DNA of 64,000 bases, from positions 8,122,001 through 8,186,000 of the forward strand of contig NC_134028.1 in assembly GCF_964204645.1 (NCBI RefSeq), given 5' to 3'. The notes beneath the pieces were generated by a model. The model ran no database searches. It was not told where the DNA came from and worked only from the letters and a program-made list of their open reading frames with translations. Shown here piece by piece: positions 14,625 through 27,456 of this stretch. The DNA comes from Tubulanus polymorphus. Its lineage: Eukaryota > Animalia > Nemertea. Position 1 is the first letter of the stretch, and each line of letters starts with the position of its first letter. The translations under genes were made by a program, and so were the position numbers.

Positions 14625-14906
14625 TCACGTGAATTTTATGCCCTTTTTCGCTAAATCGGTTTTCGCTTCGGCGATTTGTCGACGCAACTCTTCAGCGGCC
14701 TCGGGGCAGTCGTTGAACGTGGCGACGCGATATCCGACGACGGCCAGCGAGTAACACGCGAACGTCATCAGCAGATAGATCGGCAACGCGATGACGATAT
14801 CCGACTGGCGGGGCGTCAGGGAAAACAAATCTGTGGTGACTGCAAGCGTCCATACACCGATAAACACAGTCGTAACGATTATCCACTGAACCAGTTTTGT
14901 CGGCAT
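14625..14906 (-). CDS. DPM3: Dolichol-phosphate mannosyltransferase subunit 3
   Basis: 93 aa with two TM helices and YRVATFNDCPEAAEELRRQIAEAKTDLAKKG. A splice acceptor just upstream (~14918) implies a 5' UTR intron. Confidence 0.95.
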   Translation of the reverse strand: MPTKLVQWIIVTTVFIGVWTLAVTTDLFSLTPRQSDIVIALPIYLLMTFACYSLAVVGYRVATFNDCPEAAEELRRQIAEAKTDLAKKGIKFT

Positions 14907-16478
14907 TCTTCCTCTACCTGTCGAACAGATGAATGAAATTGAGTTAAGTCGTTGTTACACGGTGAAAAATCACAGTGAATTTAGCCTAATAACTTAAAGG
15001 TTAACTAAGATACGATTGAATTGTCGTAACTTATTCAAGTCTGCAATTTTTCTTATCTGGAAACTTTTCGACCCTGAAAAATTGATAGCAGACTGATCAT
15101 AGGACGAATTGCAAGGATAGGACAAGTTATATTTCCTACAACTGTTCTCATATAGGCTTTGGTTAGTGATTATAGACTGTAGACTTAGAAAGGTTTCCTT
15201 TGTAGTAGACAATGCAATAAAGACAAGGTCATTCTCATAGGGATAGCGGTTATCATCAAGAGTCGACCAATATATCATACAAGCCGCCTTTGGGCCGAGA
15301 CTGTGCTGTGGGCCGTGTGCTGTCAGTGTCACCACACAGTCTAATCCATTTATTCAATTGTACTAAAATGTGGCCACATTCAGTTTATGAAAAGAATCAT
15401 TATTGCATTTCAATGGTTATAGAAACAATATAGAACAGAAATAACGCTTATTCTGTCAATATCACTTCACCAAATGCTAGATCTAGTAGTTTCACAAACT
15501 CATCATAGGTCAATAAATAGATTTAAATTGAATTTCAGTTTTTCGAATATGCCTATTTTCACATTTTATTTGCTGATTGACAATGGAAAATGTACAATCT
15601 TGTGGATCCCATCGCAGATTATAAAAGATTATCAGAGCATTGATTGTTTGTATAAAACAGCTGAATACAAAAAACACACTTTGAAGACGACACCTAACCG
15701 GTGTTTTTCTATCCACGCAATCAATTCAATTCAACCAACCGGAAAGTGGCGCCATCATGCAATAACGGATAGCTCCGAGAATATCAAAATCTGTGCATCC
15801 ATATCTCGGCAGTGCTCAAACCGGAGAATATCCGTGTTGTTGCAGGAGCCGCGAAATATCCATGGGAATTATTCAATTTAATCGTTAAAACACTTTATCA
15901 AACGCACTATTCGACGAAATAGATTACCTTTATAAAACAAATTAAAACTTTTGACTCAACGAGAGAAATCCCACAATAACGAAGCAAAGATTGAAAACTA
16001 TATCAGACATTTGAGGAGCGACGTTTCGGCTAACAAGTGTTAGCCAACATTTCGAATTGTCGAAGTTATCAGTGATAAAACACTGATGCGACGTCACCTT
16101 TATACACCCGGCATATGGAATAAACAGTGATCGAAAACTAATAGCAAACAATTTGAATCCCCACTGCTCCTATGCTGCGATGATGCCGCCATGAAAATAA
16201 ACTGGTCGTTTTCAGACCATTGAATGCAACGAAGTTAAGTTGTTTACCATTTACTGACAGTTTACGTAATAAAAGAACTACTGAAGGGGCTGGCCTACTT
16301 TCTAAATAAAGTATATCGCTCCGCTGAGATGGAGTGTTTTACTGTATTCGGGAATCCGTCGATTCTTTTAAACGCATACCTCAAAACACCTTTTTAGGAA
16401 AGCTTTTGACCATTAATTGAATAATGTCTACAGTCAGTGTTTTTATTTTCTTGTTTTGCAATGGCATTTTGATAATTT

Positions 16479-16631
16479 CAGGTCGATAACTGCAGAAGAT
16501 TAAATTCGCGTCAGAGCAGGATGATTTGCAGAAGCTAAATTCGCTTCTCAGAGCAGGTCGTTATCCGCAGAAGCTAAATTCGCTTCTCAGGGCAGGTCGC
16601 TATCTGCAGAAGCTAAATTCGCCTCTTAGGG
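16479..16631. repeat. Minisatellite, ~39-bp unit, ~4 copies
   Basis: GCAGAAGCTAAATTCGCTTCTCAG(A/G)GCAGGTCG(T/C)TATC(C/T) repeated. Confidence 0.85.
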
Positions 16632-17141
16632 TGAATTAGATCATCGGCTAGAATGGATTAAAAAACCAAAGGTTAGTTCAACTGCCAGTCCTTTCTGGAC
16701 TCCTAACAGGTATCTTCCAAAAAATGACTTAGCTAGGCCACTCGGCCTGAAATGCTCTCAGAAGTCAAAAGTTCGAATAGACAGTACCGTACCGCCGGGC
16801 CGCATACGCGAAACGCCTCAAGTTTCTCAATCATCCTTATTCCCCCCCCCCCCCCCAAAAAAAAGTCATACAATAATCGGGTTTTTTTAAATATGAATGT
16901 TACGAGGCACTCAGTGTAATTCATTCAATATTTGATTATATTTGAAATCAGCAAGGGCCGACAAGGCTCCGAGAGGGACCGATTATTCATAATATCGACG
17001 AGAAAAGGTATCCTTTCTCGCATCGAATTCTAACGATGTATTGTTGCAATCGGAGCCGTTCGATCTGGGCCATCGTCAGAGAGAAACCGCCCTGTCGAAT
17101 TCCTCGATAGACTGGTGCTTGTCCAATCCTATCTAGTCTAA

Positions 17142-17467
17142 GACGCATTTGTTTGAAACTGGTTTGCACAAACCGAAACGGTTTGTGGGAAAATTGTCTT
17201 AGTTCATGCCGGTTTACAAACCAGTTTCCATAAACTAGCGTCTTTGTTTAGGCGTAAACCTAAACGGTTTGCGCAAGCCGACTAAACCGCTTTGCGAGCG
17301 GATTGTAACATCAAACCGACTTTTCAACATGGCCGTAAGGAGATTTCTGCGGTCAGCTGACTCTTTTCGTTCTGTCGCATTTGTTCACTCGACAGCAAAC
17401 CGGTATATGACGCAATAGTAAACCGATGTAAACCGGTTAGTGCAAACCGATTTCAAGCAAATGCACC
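17142..17467. mobile_element. PIF/Harbinger-type MITE
   Basis: ~35-bp imperfect TIRs (GACGCATTTGTTTGAAACTGGTTTGCAC / GTGCAAACCGATTTCAAGCAAATGCACC), TAA TSD at 17139-41 and 17468-70, internal AAACCG repeats. Confidence 0.75.
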
Positions 17468-17572
17468 TAAAATCTGACGCGAGTGTACGACTTTTTTTGT
17501 TTGGTAAATAAAAGTTATCAGGATAGATAAACTAGAATCAACTAGGATATAGAATAAACAATTTAATCTTCA

Positions 17573-17884
17573 TGTTACGGATGAAACTCCAGGGCCGAAA
17601 TACCCAATTCTTTTTCGGATCCAAGCTCCAGGGTCGAACTAAAACCCATAAAACTAACGACGACTCCAGACGTATAATATTACAAAGCACGTACATTTAT
17701 TAAAGTACTGTGGCTGGGACTCACTGTGGTCAGTCAACAGATATTTATATAGGTACAGTTTATAGGGGTAAGTCAAGTATAAACACTGAATCATTCACAC
17801 TTATAACAGACTGAAGTCAGTATACCGTATAAACACTATACATACCATAACTATTCAATAACTGGGTAACACAACTGGGTAACA
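17573..17884 (-). mobile_element. Solo LTR (Ty3/gypsy-like)
   Basis: TGTTAC...GTAACA termini; 4-bp TSD TTCA at 17569-72 and 17885-88; minus-strand TATA (~17750) followed by AATAAA (~17701). Confidence 0.75.
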
Positions 17885-18348
17885 TTCAACTAATCAACAA
17901 ATCCACCAAAAGTTATCGAAACGAGATGAATCTTATTTAGAAAGCTCAAAATTGGAAGAAACCCTATCTTAAAATTAGTTTGTGGCCCATACCAAAGTTC
18001 CGAATCAATAATGGCTGTGGATTGACCGTTGGGCTGCTCCAGGCTGACGGGGAGGGGGGCTGAGTCCCATGTGCGCGCAGCGTTGAGATTTGTCACAAAA
18101 TAGCCAACTGGTGGATTTGGAAGGAACGTCGCGTCTGTTTTATTGGTCGTGAAATGAATAGTTCTTAGCTTGAAATTTGATCGTACCAAGCCTGATACTG
18201 CAAACTCGTTCTAAAGACTATACAGCTCCGTATATACCGGTCTCCACCACTTGCCAAAGGCAGTCAATAAGGAAAGATTTGAAATTTACAATCCCATCAA
18301 GGAAGATTGAGAGAGGATGATCACGTGAGTTCGGAACGCACGGTGAAT

Positions 18349-19293
18349 TCAACGATTGATGCACATAATTTTCATGCAGAAATATTCACGTATTTCTCGT
18401 CCGAGTAAAAGATAGATGTAAAAATTGATGGAGTAATTACACAAATGGAATCGTGTGAAAATGTCTAAGAGAAATTCTTTCTGTCCAATAGATATCGGTA
18501 AAAATGAAGTGAATGATGTTGGTAGTGTGAACATTGCAAATGCGAGTGAAACTGTTACGAGCATTATTGTTGTACGTTTTGATTTGGTAGTTTTCTGTTC
18601 AGACGAAACCAATTTTGAACCTCTGAACAATTGAATTATTATAACAGAATTTGAAGTGATTATCAAAGTTAAAGGTATAATATAAACGTAGGCGACATAA
18701 GTGATGAAAATTACGAATTGGTCAGATAGCTCGTAGTAACATCCGAGAAGCCGGTCGGAAATGTTCAGTATTGTGACTGGATGAACCCCTGTTAACAAGG
18801 CGTTCATTGTAAAAATACAAACAATGACGCATCGGGCGAATCTCGGTGTACATATCAAACGAGATGTGAACGGGAAGAACACAACTGCCGCACGTTCGAG
18901 AGATATTGCTACTACTAACCACGAACTATTGGCTCCAGCAAATCCCATCATGAATTCATAGGTTTTACAACTGATCAGTGAATCTATCACGAATATCGGA
19001 CCGGTGTTTAGACGCAAGAGAACAAACTGTAAAACAGGCATCAGCGTAAAACTGATACAAACTAGAAAGTCACTGAGAGACAAAACGATCAGATAGTTAG
19101 CGTAAGACAAACTGCGGAATCTGCGACTTATCATTATCAGGAAAGTAGCAGAATTTCCGAAGGCTCCTAACAAGAACACGATAGGTAGAACAACCAGTGA
19201 TACCATACGGTGGATACCGAGCTCATTTTCGACAGACATCAGAACGATGTAACTGCTGTAAGGTCGACCGAAATGCGCCCGAGTAAGATTCAT
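18349..19293 (-). CDS. Intronless rhodopsin-family GPCR (FMRFamide-receptor-like / chemoreceptor-type expansion)
   Basis: 314 aa with 7 hydrophobic segments, GAFGN in TM1, LSLSD in TM2, Cys at the top of TM3, SLERA (DRY variant), and NYSINFYIY (NFxxY). Confidence 0.88.
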   Translation of the reverse strand: MNLTRAHFGRPYSSYIVLMSVENELGIHRMVSLVVLPIVFLLGAFGNSATFLIMISRRFRSLSYANYLIVLSLSDFLVCISFTLMPVLQFVLLRLNTGPIFVIDSLISCKTYEFMMGFAGANSSWLVVAISLERAAVVFFPFTSRLICTPRFARCVIVCIFTMNALLTGVHPVTILNISDRLLGCYYELSDQFVIFITYVAYVYIIPLTLIITSNSVIIIQLFRGSKLVSSEQKTTKSKRTTIMLVTVSLAFAMFTLPTSFTSFLPISIGQKEFLLDIFTRFHLCNYSINFYIYLLLGREIREYFCMKIMCINR

Positions 19294-21779
19294 TGTGATT
19301 CACACAACAGACCTACTGACGCACAGTAGTCTACTTATGAATATCATAAAATCAATAGATAAAATAAATTCACGCAGATAATGTATTTTACCCGTAAAAG
19401 CTTTTAATTCTTTTTATAAAAGCTATTTATTTTTAAGAGCACGATCATAATGTATGTAAGTGAAGAATCTACAAATCAATTCAAAAACATCTTAAGTAAT
19501 ATTCTGAGTGTTCCTGAATGACTAGAGAATAACCAGGATGTCCAGAGTTCAAACCCCGTCCTAGCGATAGGGATAGTGTAGCTGTGATATCGCAGGTTTA
19601 TTGATACTAACTCGTAAGTTTTCTGGATGCTGGCTAGAGGATAGAACGGGGGTCCCAGGTTTGAACGCGATTTATTGATAATATTGATAATTCCGTAAAA
19701 CCCGCATTCACGTGTCTCTGAGATCTTAAGCTGCCCGACATGGTAGTTATGATATATACCCTGCTGCTTTACAACGACTCTAATTCTTTAAGAGGGTTCC
19801 TTAAAACAGCCTACCAGGGCAGCTGGGCACTAAAAACAAAGTATACTAGACACATATTACCGGAATCAACCCTCATCTGTAAACTTTCGAAAATAGACTT
19901 ATCTGATAAGTTAAATACTGGTTTTTCTCCACATAATTATCATCCCTTATCATCTAGACATATCAATTCTCTATTAGGTTTTGGTTAATGTCACAATGTG
20001 TCATTCTGCTATCTCCATCCACCACTACTTAGTTACATGATATATAGGGGCCTTCTGATCCGTTTAGAATTTGGTGGTTTCTATGGTGTACCCCTTGTTG
20101 CTCAAGCTGATGTCCTGTAAGTTGATATGCCTTATCATTGATAAATTTCGAATTTTCAAACTGGCCTTACTGTCATGTGCCAGTAAGGCCAGTAGGAAAA
20201 TTCCCGATAAGAATTATCCGGAAAACCAGGTGAGATGTGCGTAGGATGTCTACCCAAGCCTCATCTTGCTAAGGCTACCTGTAAGACAAGCCTGCGTTGA
20301 ATTATCTTTCAGAACGAATGTTAATGGCCGGGTAAATAGGTCCGCGATTAGAGCAAAGTAAAGTGAACTCTGATCTTCGTCACAATTCAACAAATGGGAA
20401 AAACTATTTACTTGCGATAAATTACATATATAGTTCATATATAGAGAGGTTGATGCGCATGCATGAAGTGAAGACGCATTTTATCGTAGATTTCCTTTTT
20501 ACTCGGTTGTTTATGTAGTTTCAAGGCTAGGATCGCACGGATTTGTGATTATACGATTATCTAGTGTAAATATGTATGGCGCAGGGATTATGCGATATTA
20601 GTGCGGTATCCGATAAAGGATGTAGATGACCCATAGTTTTGAAAATATCTGCATACATGTATCTGCGTTTAATTTCCCGCTCTTCGAGTCAGTTGACTTT
20701 ACTTGGAACGGTACGAACCGAATTTACTTCCGTATTTTACTTCCGTGATCCTCTGTGATTCCGAGTTCGTTAGTTTGTGAACCGAGTTTGTGTTGAAATA
20801 GCCCGCAAGGTAAAACCAATTCAGTGTTGTATATGATATGCTGTAAGCTGTAAGTGTATTGTCTCGTCTAATCACTGTATGTCTGTTTTTATGTGTCTTG
20901 TGTCTCGTGTGTGTCGGCTGTCAACTGGACTTAATGGGCTTAATTACGGCTTAATAGGGAATATCGAGCCTGTTCCGAGGACGATGTGAAGAAGCTGTCC
21001 CTTTCGTTGTAGCTTTAGAATAGTCAATTCAATGGGACAGAAGAGTTTGTCAAATTCAAGTGTCATGGCCCAACAATATGGCGATGACCAGAGTACGAAT
21101 AACAGTACTCGGACGCTCCTCAATACTGCAACCCTGGCGGTACATCTACCACAATCCACACCACCAATCGACCACTGTCAATGTGCCTATGATTAAGAGG
21201 CACATTGCTTGATACTAATGTTTGATAAATTTTACTAATGTTTGATGGTAATGACAACAGGCCCATTAGGCTTAGCTTCAACTCATTGCTAGACGTATCG
21301 GCCCCACTCCGCGCGGTTCCGCCGCAAACATGGCCAAACACAAACATGGCCACTCTCTCAATTTTCAATGATAGAAATCGTGTGTGCATTTCAATTATTT
21401 CGGCTGTTAGGGTTTTAAGGCACAATATAAGTTGATGATGTGATATGGCGATGTTAATTAATGATAATTCCGCAGTGAAGCTAGTCACGAACGGTGCCGA
21501 TTGAGTGTACAGCTGCCAAAAACACTGAAATGTGCGTAGTTGCGTAACTATTTGCAGTGAATTGCAGACGAAACATGAAGCCTTAACGGCCGTTTAAAAA
21601 AAAATTATACCAATCGCAATTGTAAAATAAAAATGAGATAGAACCTAAGTTAAAATTCTTGCCATTTCTAAAATGTTATTACTAATTTTTAGTCAGTGCC
21701 GAACGTTTAGTTTTCCAACAATAATGAGGGGTGGTAGGTAGTCATGCAATTCAAGTCATTATTTATTACACGTTACTTC

Positions 21780-22175
21780 CGTGTTGTTGAAAATCTCGCG
21801 AGTCCTGGACCAAACCCCATTGAACAATGTGATCTGTGTGCTGGCCACAAATGCACACAGATCACACTACAATACCCATTACAAACTCCAGTACCCACAG
21901 CTTTCATATATCCATCCAAATATTTAGAGTGTCTTTCTTCCTGGATACACCCCGATACATAATTGAGAATATCCCGTACAGTCAAGGAAACACAGTTCAG
22001 CGGTTGACTCATAGCTGGCAGACATGAATGAGGACCGGTGAAAAAAATCTTTATTTCGCTGAATAACAAGTTTTGAAAAGGGGCAAAACACAGGAGGAAG
22101 GAGCCCAACAAAAACCCCCGCGTCAGCATCATTGATATGTAAACGTATGGGCGCTATAAATAGAAATGAAAAATT
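21780..22175 (+). mobile_element. Possible degenerate 3' end of a CR1/L2-group LINE
   Basis: Frameshifted remnant resembling the RT C-terminal 'SFF..T' segment, followed by a tail ending gcgctataaatagaaat. Confidence 0.3.
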
Positions 22176-23415
22176 GTTTATTGTCGGGGGTTAAAACTTG
22201 ATTTGGCTGGTACTAATACGTCAATGTATTACATATATCTACCGGTATGTCTATTTTGAAATTCATAAGAGAGGCGTTCCGTATTTTGAAAATTGTTGGC
22301 CAGAAACGAGGCTGGTGGTATATCGGAGGGCGGTGTATCGAGACATGACTGCATATAAAAAGGCCCTACAAGAAAATTGTTCTATTTCAACGGAATTCGA
22401 ACCCAATGATGACTGCCACTGTCGGGCATAGAAAAGCTATTTGAAATATTTTCGTGTTCGAAAACAAATCTGTGTTGTAAACGTACATTTTTTTTTTCTA
22501 AATTCACCGATATGATACCGAGTTCATAATTCTCCAACGCTACGAAACATGAAATAAAATACCCAGAAGACTCTAGATACATGTATTAAACTACATTCGA
22601 TCTAGACTAACAAAGTGCTGAAGCTATTACCGGTATTATGAACTGAAGCCCTCCATTAATACTGAGTAACATATAACTGGTATATAGTGATACGAAGAAA
22701 ATAATTAGCCATTAAATTCTCTATTTGATGTTAGAATTGAATAGATATCTATTTATCGCTCTAGACACTGATCATAATGTTGACGTACTGTACGTCCTGG
22801 AACTGGCTAATACAAAGAAAAATATTTCGAACGTAATCAGTTTTCTATCTCTCGATCCAGAGTCTGACAGGATTCCAAGGGATTTCGGTGGTCTAAATGC
22901 ACTCATGTGGGATGAAGCATGCATTTATGGATGACCCTATTATTTCTGATATTTAGTATACATACTAAATATCTACTAAATATCTACGTGGATACGAATT
23001 CAAATTACAGTAAAGCCGTGATTAGTTGATAAGAGGTTGCGTATTTCATGAAAAACAGTTCTTCAATATGTATTTAATCATGACTCCTTATACTGTCATT
23101 ACAGAAGAAGCTGAAAAGGATTCATCTCACACCTGTAAATGTAAACATCGTCGCGATTACGTCAGTGGATTTATGTGCGGAGAATGCAATAAAGGAAGAG
23201 CTACGTACGTGTGTATTTTAGGACAGTATCGAAGACGCACCAACCACACTTTTTTAACTGCAACAAACAGGGGTCAAGGCTCCTAGGCCGTGGAACCAAA
23301 ATTGACACACATTGCACACGATATAAGATAGATCGGTTGAGAGAAAATTCTTTGGAAAACAGTACGATTTTTAATAAACGTTTGTAAAGCGGGTAGATGT
23401 TTTGAGGTGACCAAG

Positions 23416-26400
23416 ATGCATTCAGCAGCGATTAACACTAGAAGAGTTACTCGTTGGGCGTTCTTCGTTATATTAGCCACAATAGCTGTTGTCAAATATT
23501 CGTTTTATGCGATTTCGTACAGTCTTGTACAGATCTTTGTCAACGAAATGGGTTTCGACTCTCCTCACGCTGTCTTCTACAGCCTTATGCTTGGAGGTAC
23601 GTAATGTACAGATTTAAAATCATTATCCCATCGTTATGCTATATCGTTATAAGACAAGAGCACTAATTTAACTTATAAGAGCCATTAGCAACTTGTGATG
23701 AATTAAAAAGAAAAAATAGTAATAACCACACTTTCAATGTTACAGATTGATTAAAAACTTAGATCTTCAATGATTAGATTTATCTCCCGATTCCTCTAGG
23801 TTCATGCTATATATTTTCCATGGTTGGTGGTTGCTTGGGTCAATCTCTGATCAATTATCACAGAGTTGTTTGCGCAGGCCTGTTTGCGCAACTCGTCGGT
23901 AAGTTAAGACTTAGTCAATATCGTCAAATCAGGTTGAAAACAATTGATTTCGTTCGTTCGTTCGTTCGTTCGTTCGTTCGTTCGTTCGTTCGTTCGTTCG
24001 TTCGTTCGTTCGTTCGTTCGTTCGTTCGTTCGTTCGTTCGTTCGTTCGTTCGTTCGTTCGTTCGTTCAAAATTTCATACATTTCTGGTTTAAGGAGCTGG
24101 CTTTCTATTGGGTTTGGGTATTTGTATCGACGATCAGTCCGCAGTAAGTATCATCAGTAGCGTAATTATCTTAATTCAACTGCGTCAGATATGATGCTGC
24201 TAAAATAAAATTATGAAGAAATCAGGGTTCGGCTGTCACTCTGACCGATTTTGAACACAAAGTGTGGCTTTCAATACATATAACGTGCCGGTAGGTAGGA
24301 TGTAAAAGATGTTTTTATCTTATATACAGAATGCAAATCTGAAAAAGGCTTTATTTTACACTTTCGCGATCTTTGAAGCAATATGTATGACGTTAGTAAA
24401 CGCCGCTCTTCCGGTATTAGGGGCAAAGCAAGTCGAACACAAAGGTGAAGTTGCAATACACGATTTCTTTGCATGGTAAGAAACTATGGATTAGATATAT
24501 TTCGTTCGCTTATCAATTCGGTAATCGTTTGAATCTGAAAAATAGGTATTATTTTGCGACGAATGTTGGGTCGTGCCTGGCAGAGGTGTTTCGCGATCTA
24601 TACCGAACTTCCCAAATGACTGCGATGGAAGTGATGAGCATTCCGATGGGAATAATGGCATTCCTAAATATTCCGTTGTTTATATCGGGCCGTGCTGTCT
24701 TAAAGATTCCCAAAATAGAACGTAAGAACGAATTGCACGTACCGTAAACCCGTTATCATATCTGTACGAATTTAATCGATTCATATATAATACTGGTCAT
24801 CATTTTTGGGAATTGTATAGCATTTTGTATTCTCGAATGTAATTTTTTTTATTTAGTTGATCAAATTTTCAAACGTAGTTGATTAGCGATTACGTATTGA
24901 AAATTCTGAATTACTTTTTTTGTAGGGGAAGCACTGGATGATTTGTTTAGTTGCCGGAATAAACTCGTTCTGAAACATATCTATCACGTGACCTTAGTTA
25001 TATCGTCTGTGGTTATGACGTCATATATTATCTTCTCACAGGTATTTACTACGATTAGAGCTCGTTGGTCTAAAAAAACCCTGATAACCTGTTAAGTCGG
25101 GAAAACCCCCTTAGTTTGGAAAGACGATGCATTTAATGATATAAGGTAACTGGGCCAAGGATATTGACGGCGTTCACACGAGATGCTGAGCTTACGAAGT
25201 ACCGCACTTACCGCGCTGTTGCGAGTTGCGTTCACACGTGATTCGGCGCTTAGTAAGCCAGCTTTTGATAGTTATGCGGATATTGAATATGATTTCAAGA
25301 TAGACACTCGTTTTTGCATAGTAAACGCATTATACGAAAATAGACCACGGAACGTGAGTGAGTTTGTAGCAAATGTAACCTGAATATTATCGGTGACGAT
25401 ATCATTTTATACTTGAATGCGACTATTTCAACGATATTATGAATTTGTAACAGATACAAAATCGATGCAAATCCTTTTTGAATTAGGACTGCTATGCACA
25501 AATTTGCCAGCTTTGATATTGATATCATTTCATTATGAACGAAAAAATTTTATTTCTTCTTTGGAACAATGAACTAAGCTTGAAACTTAGAAGTTATTCC
25601 ACAGATATTTTTCCATTATTTCAGTGCATTGCAACGTACGCTAGTGAATTAGAAGTATTGGGCAACACGACCACCAGTGGAGCGTTTATTCCACCATATA
25701 TTGGACCAGTAGCGAACAACTCGGCTATAATCATAGGTACTGGTATAAGCTTCCCGCACTCGTTCTATCCACCAGAGCCTTTGATATTCTAAGATAAATC
25801 CAACGCAATGGTCTTAAAATTGTAGGGATACCGATCTATCTATTCATCGGAAAACATTTGAAAAAACGTGGAAGACGACTTCCTCGACCATTAGCCAGAT
25901 TCGGTAAGCGATAAGTATCTGCTATGAAATTTGGAAATTTTGCCAGCTGCGTATCCGCAATTTTTATAATAATTTATACTTTTGATAAGCAATTGGACAG
26001 ATAATCGCTGTCGTTGGAGTGATGTGCGCCGCTGTACTCGAGTATGTTCGATTTTGGAGAATCCAGCAGGGGCAGCCGCCTCCTGACCTTCTCTGGCAAA
26101 TACCCCAATACTTCATCGAAGGGGTTTCTGAAATATTCGTTTTCGTTTCTGGTAAGTCCATAATCAATATTCACGAAATCGTCCACGTTAAGCCTGTTTT
26201 ACGCTGGACTAGTGTAGAACGAATCTTGTCATTTCAGGTTATGAGTTTATCTATAATGAAAGTCCTCCAGGGCTGCACGGCTTTCTGATGGGACTTTTCT
26301 TTTGTTCGTGGGGACTCGGGTCGTGGGTGAGCGCGTTGCTTGCTTTTCTGATGAATATGAAGGCCACAAATAACAGTTCGGCCGCATCAGGTTAGAGTTT

Positions 26401-27118
26401 CTGGACATCGTTTTTAGAAATTTATTTCAGAAATAAATTACGACAACGTGTACAATGTGACAATCAATACATAATGTTTTTAAACTAGACTGAGGTTTCA
26501 GAATGATGCAGGGCTCGAATGCACTGAAACCCTGAAAGGGAATATAGAATGTAAAATTTAGTAGTTGGTTAATAAAGAACTACTGTTCAAAACTTAATGC
26601 GATAAATACAGATATTTGGGAATACAATAGATGAAAAATTAATGGCGAGAAAAGACATTCATGAAATTTGCAGTGAAGCTGCAGCTACATGTGGTTGTAA
26701 TCTCTCGTACGACAAGTGGACTAGTTTCGACGATTTCGAAAAAAATATAAGATTATTACCTATTACCCTATTTCGGCCTCATTCTCAAAGAATCTATACA
26801 CAAACGTTTTTTTTTCTTATTATGTAGAAATTGTTTTAACGCTCACATATTTCCTTATTTCCTTGGGGATTGATATTTTATCAAATGCTGTCGTCGATTA
26901 TTATTTCAGGCGATTGGTACCCAACCGATTTGAAACACGGCCACATGGGCCGCTATTTCTTTTTGCTGGCTGGCATTGGTACGTTAGCGTGCATCATGCT
27001 GTTGGCATTCTCACGAAAATACGTTTACCTGAGGGACAAAAACCTGCAAGGAGAATACGAAAGAATCCTACGTTCGGCCAATGACTCGGACACTATTCCT
27101 AGCGACGATAGCACGTGA
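23416..27118 (+). CDS. SLC15/POT-family peptide transporter-like protein (divergent SLC15A4-like); 11 coding exons
   Basis: Hand splicing gives ALPVLGAKQVEHKGEVAIHDFFAWYYFATNVGS, WQIPQYFIEGVSEIF, GYEFIYNESPPGLHGFLMGLFF and GHMGRYFFLLAGI, all POT/SLC15A4-like, with consistent intron phases. Confidence 0.85.
23949..24067. repeat. (TTCG)n microsatellite, ~30 units, intronic
   Basis: Perfect tetranucleotide run in transporter intron 2. Confidence 0.98.
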
Positions 27119-27456
27119 TACCTCCACCATCCGTAACGTCGAGGTGCATTTTCTCGTCAGTAATCGGACGCAATGCAGCAATTCGGGGGATAATTTGGCG
27201 ATGTGTATGCAAAATTCGGGCTCTGTCAAGTAAAATCCGTCAATACATCGTCTTCCACTTGAAAAATCAATGGAGATGAAAACGTGGTTTATTTCAACGC
27301 GTGCTAAACACAATATTTACTCGTTCTTAAACTACGATATGAGATTTTAACGACCATTAATTAACGACTATAGGATATTATATTCAATGTTAAACCGAGA
27401 AATTCCAGAAAGACGAAAAATAAGATAACAAGTTTTCTTATTCTTTGTTTTTTTCT

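Noticed and set aside
16012-16058. Hairpin followed by GAAACGUC on the minus strand (hammerhead-like)
   Set aside because: No recognisable CUGANGA box upstream.
16479-16631. CRISPR-like array
   Set aside because: Contiguous tandem units with no unique spacers, no cas genes, and a eukaryotic context.
20700-20830. ETS-like ACTTCCGT pair plus a GT donor as a distal first exon of the SLC15-like gene
   Set aside because: Plausible, but not supportable without transcript data.
23820-24147. ORFs containing (SFVR)n repeats
   Set aside because: Translation of the intronic (TTCG)n microsatellite; the real exon ends at the GT donor at ~23899.
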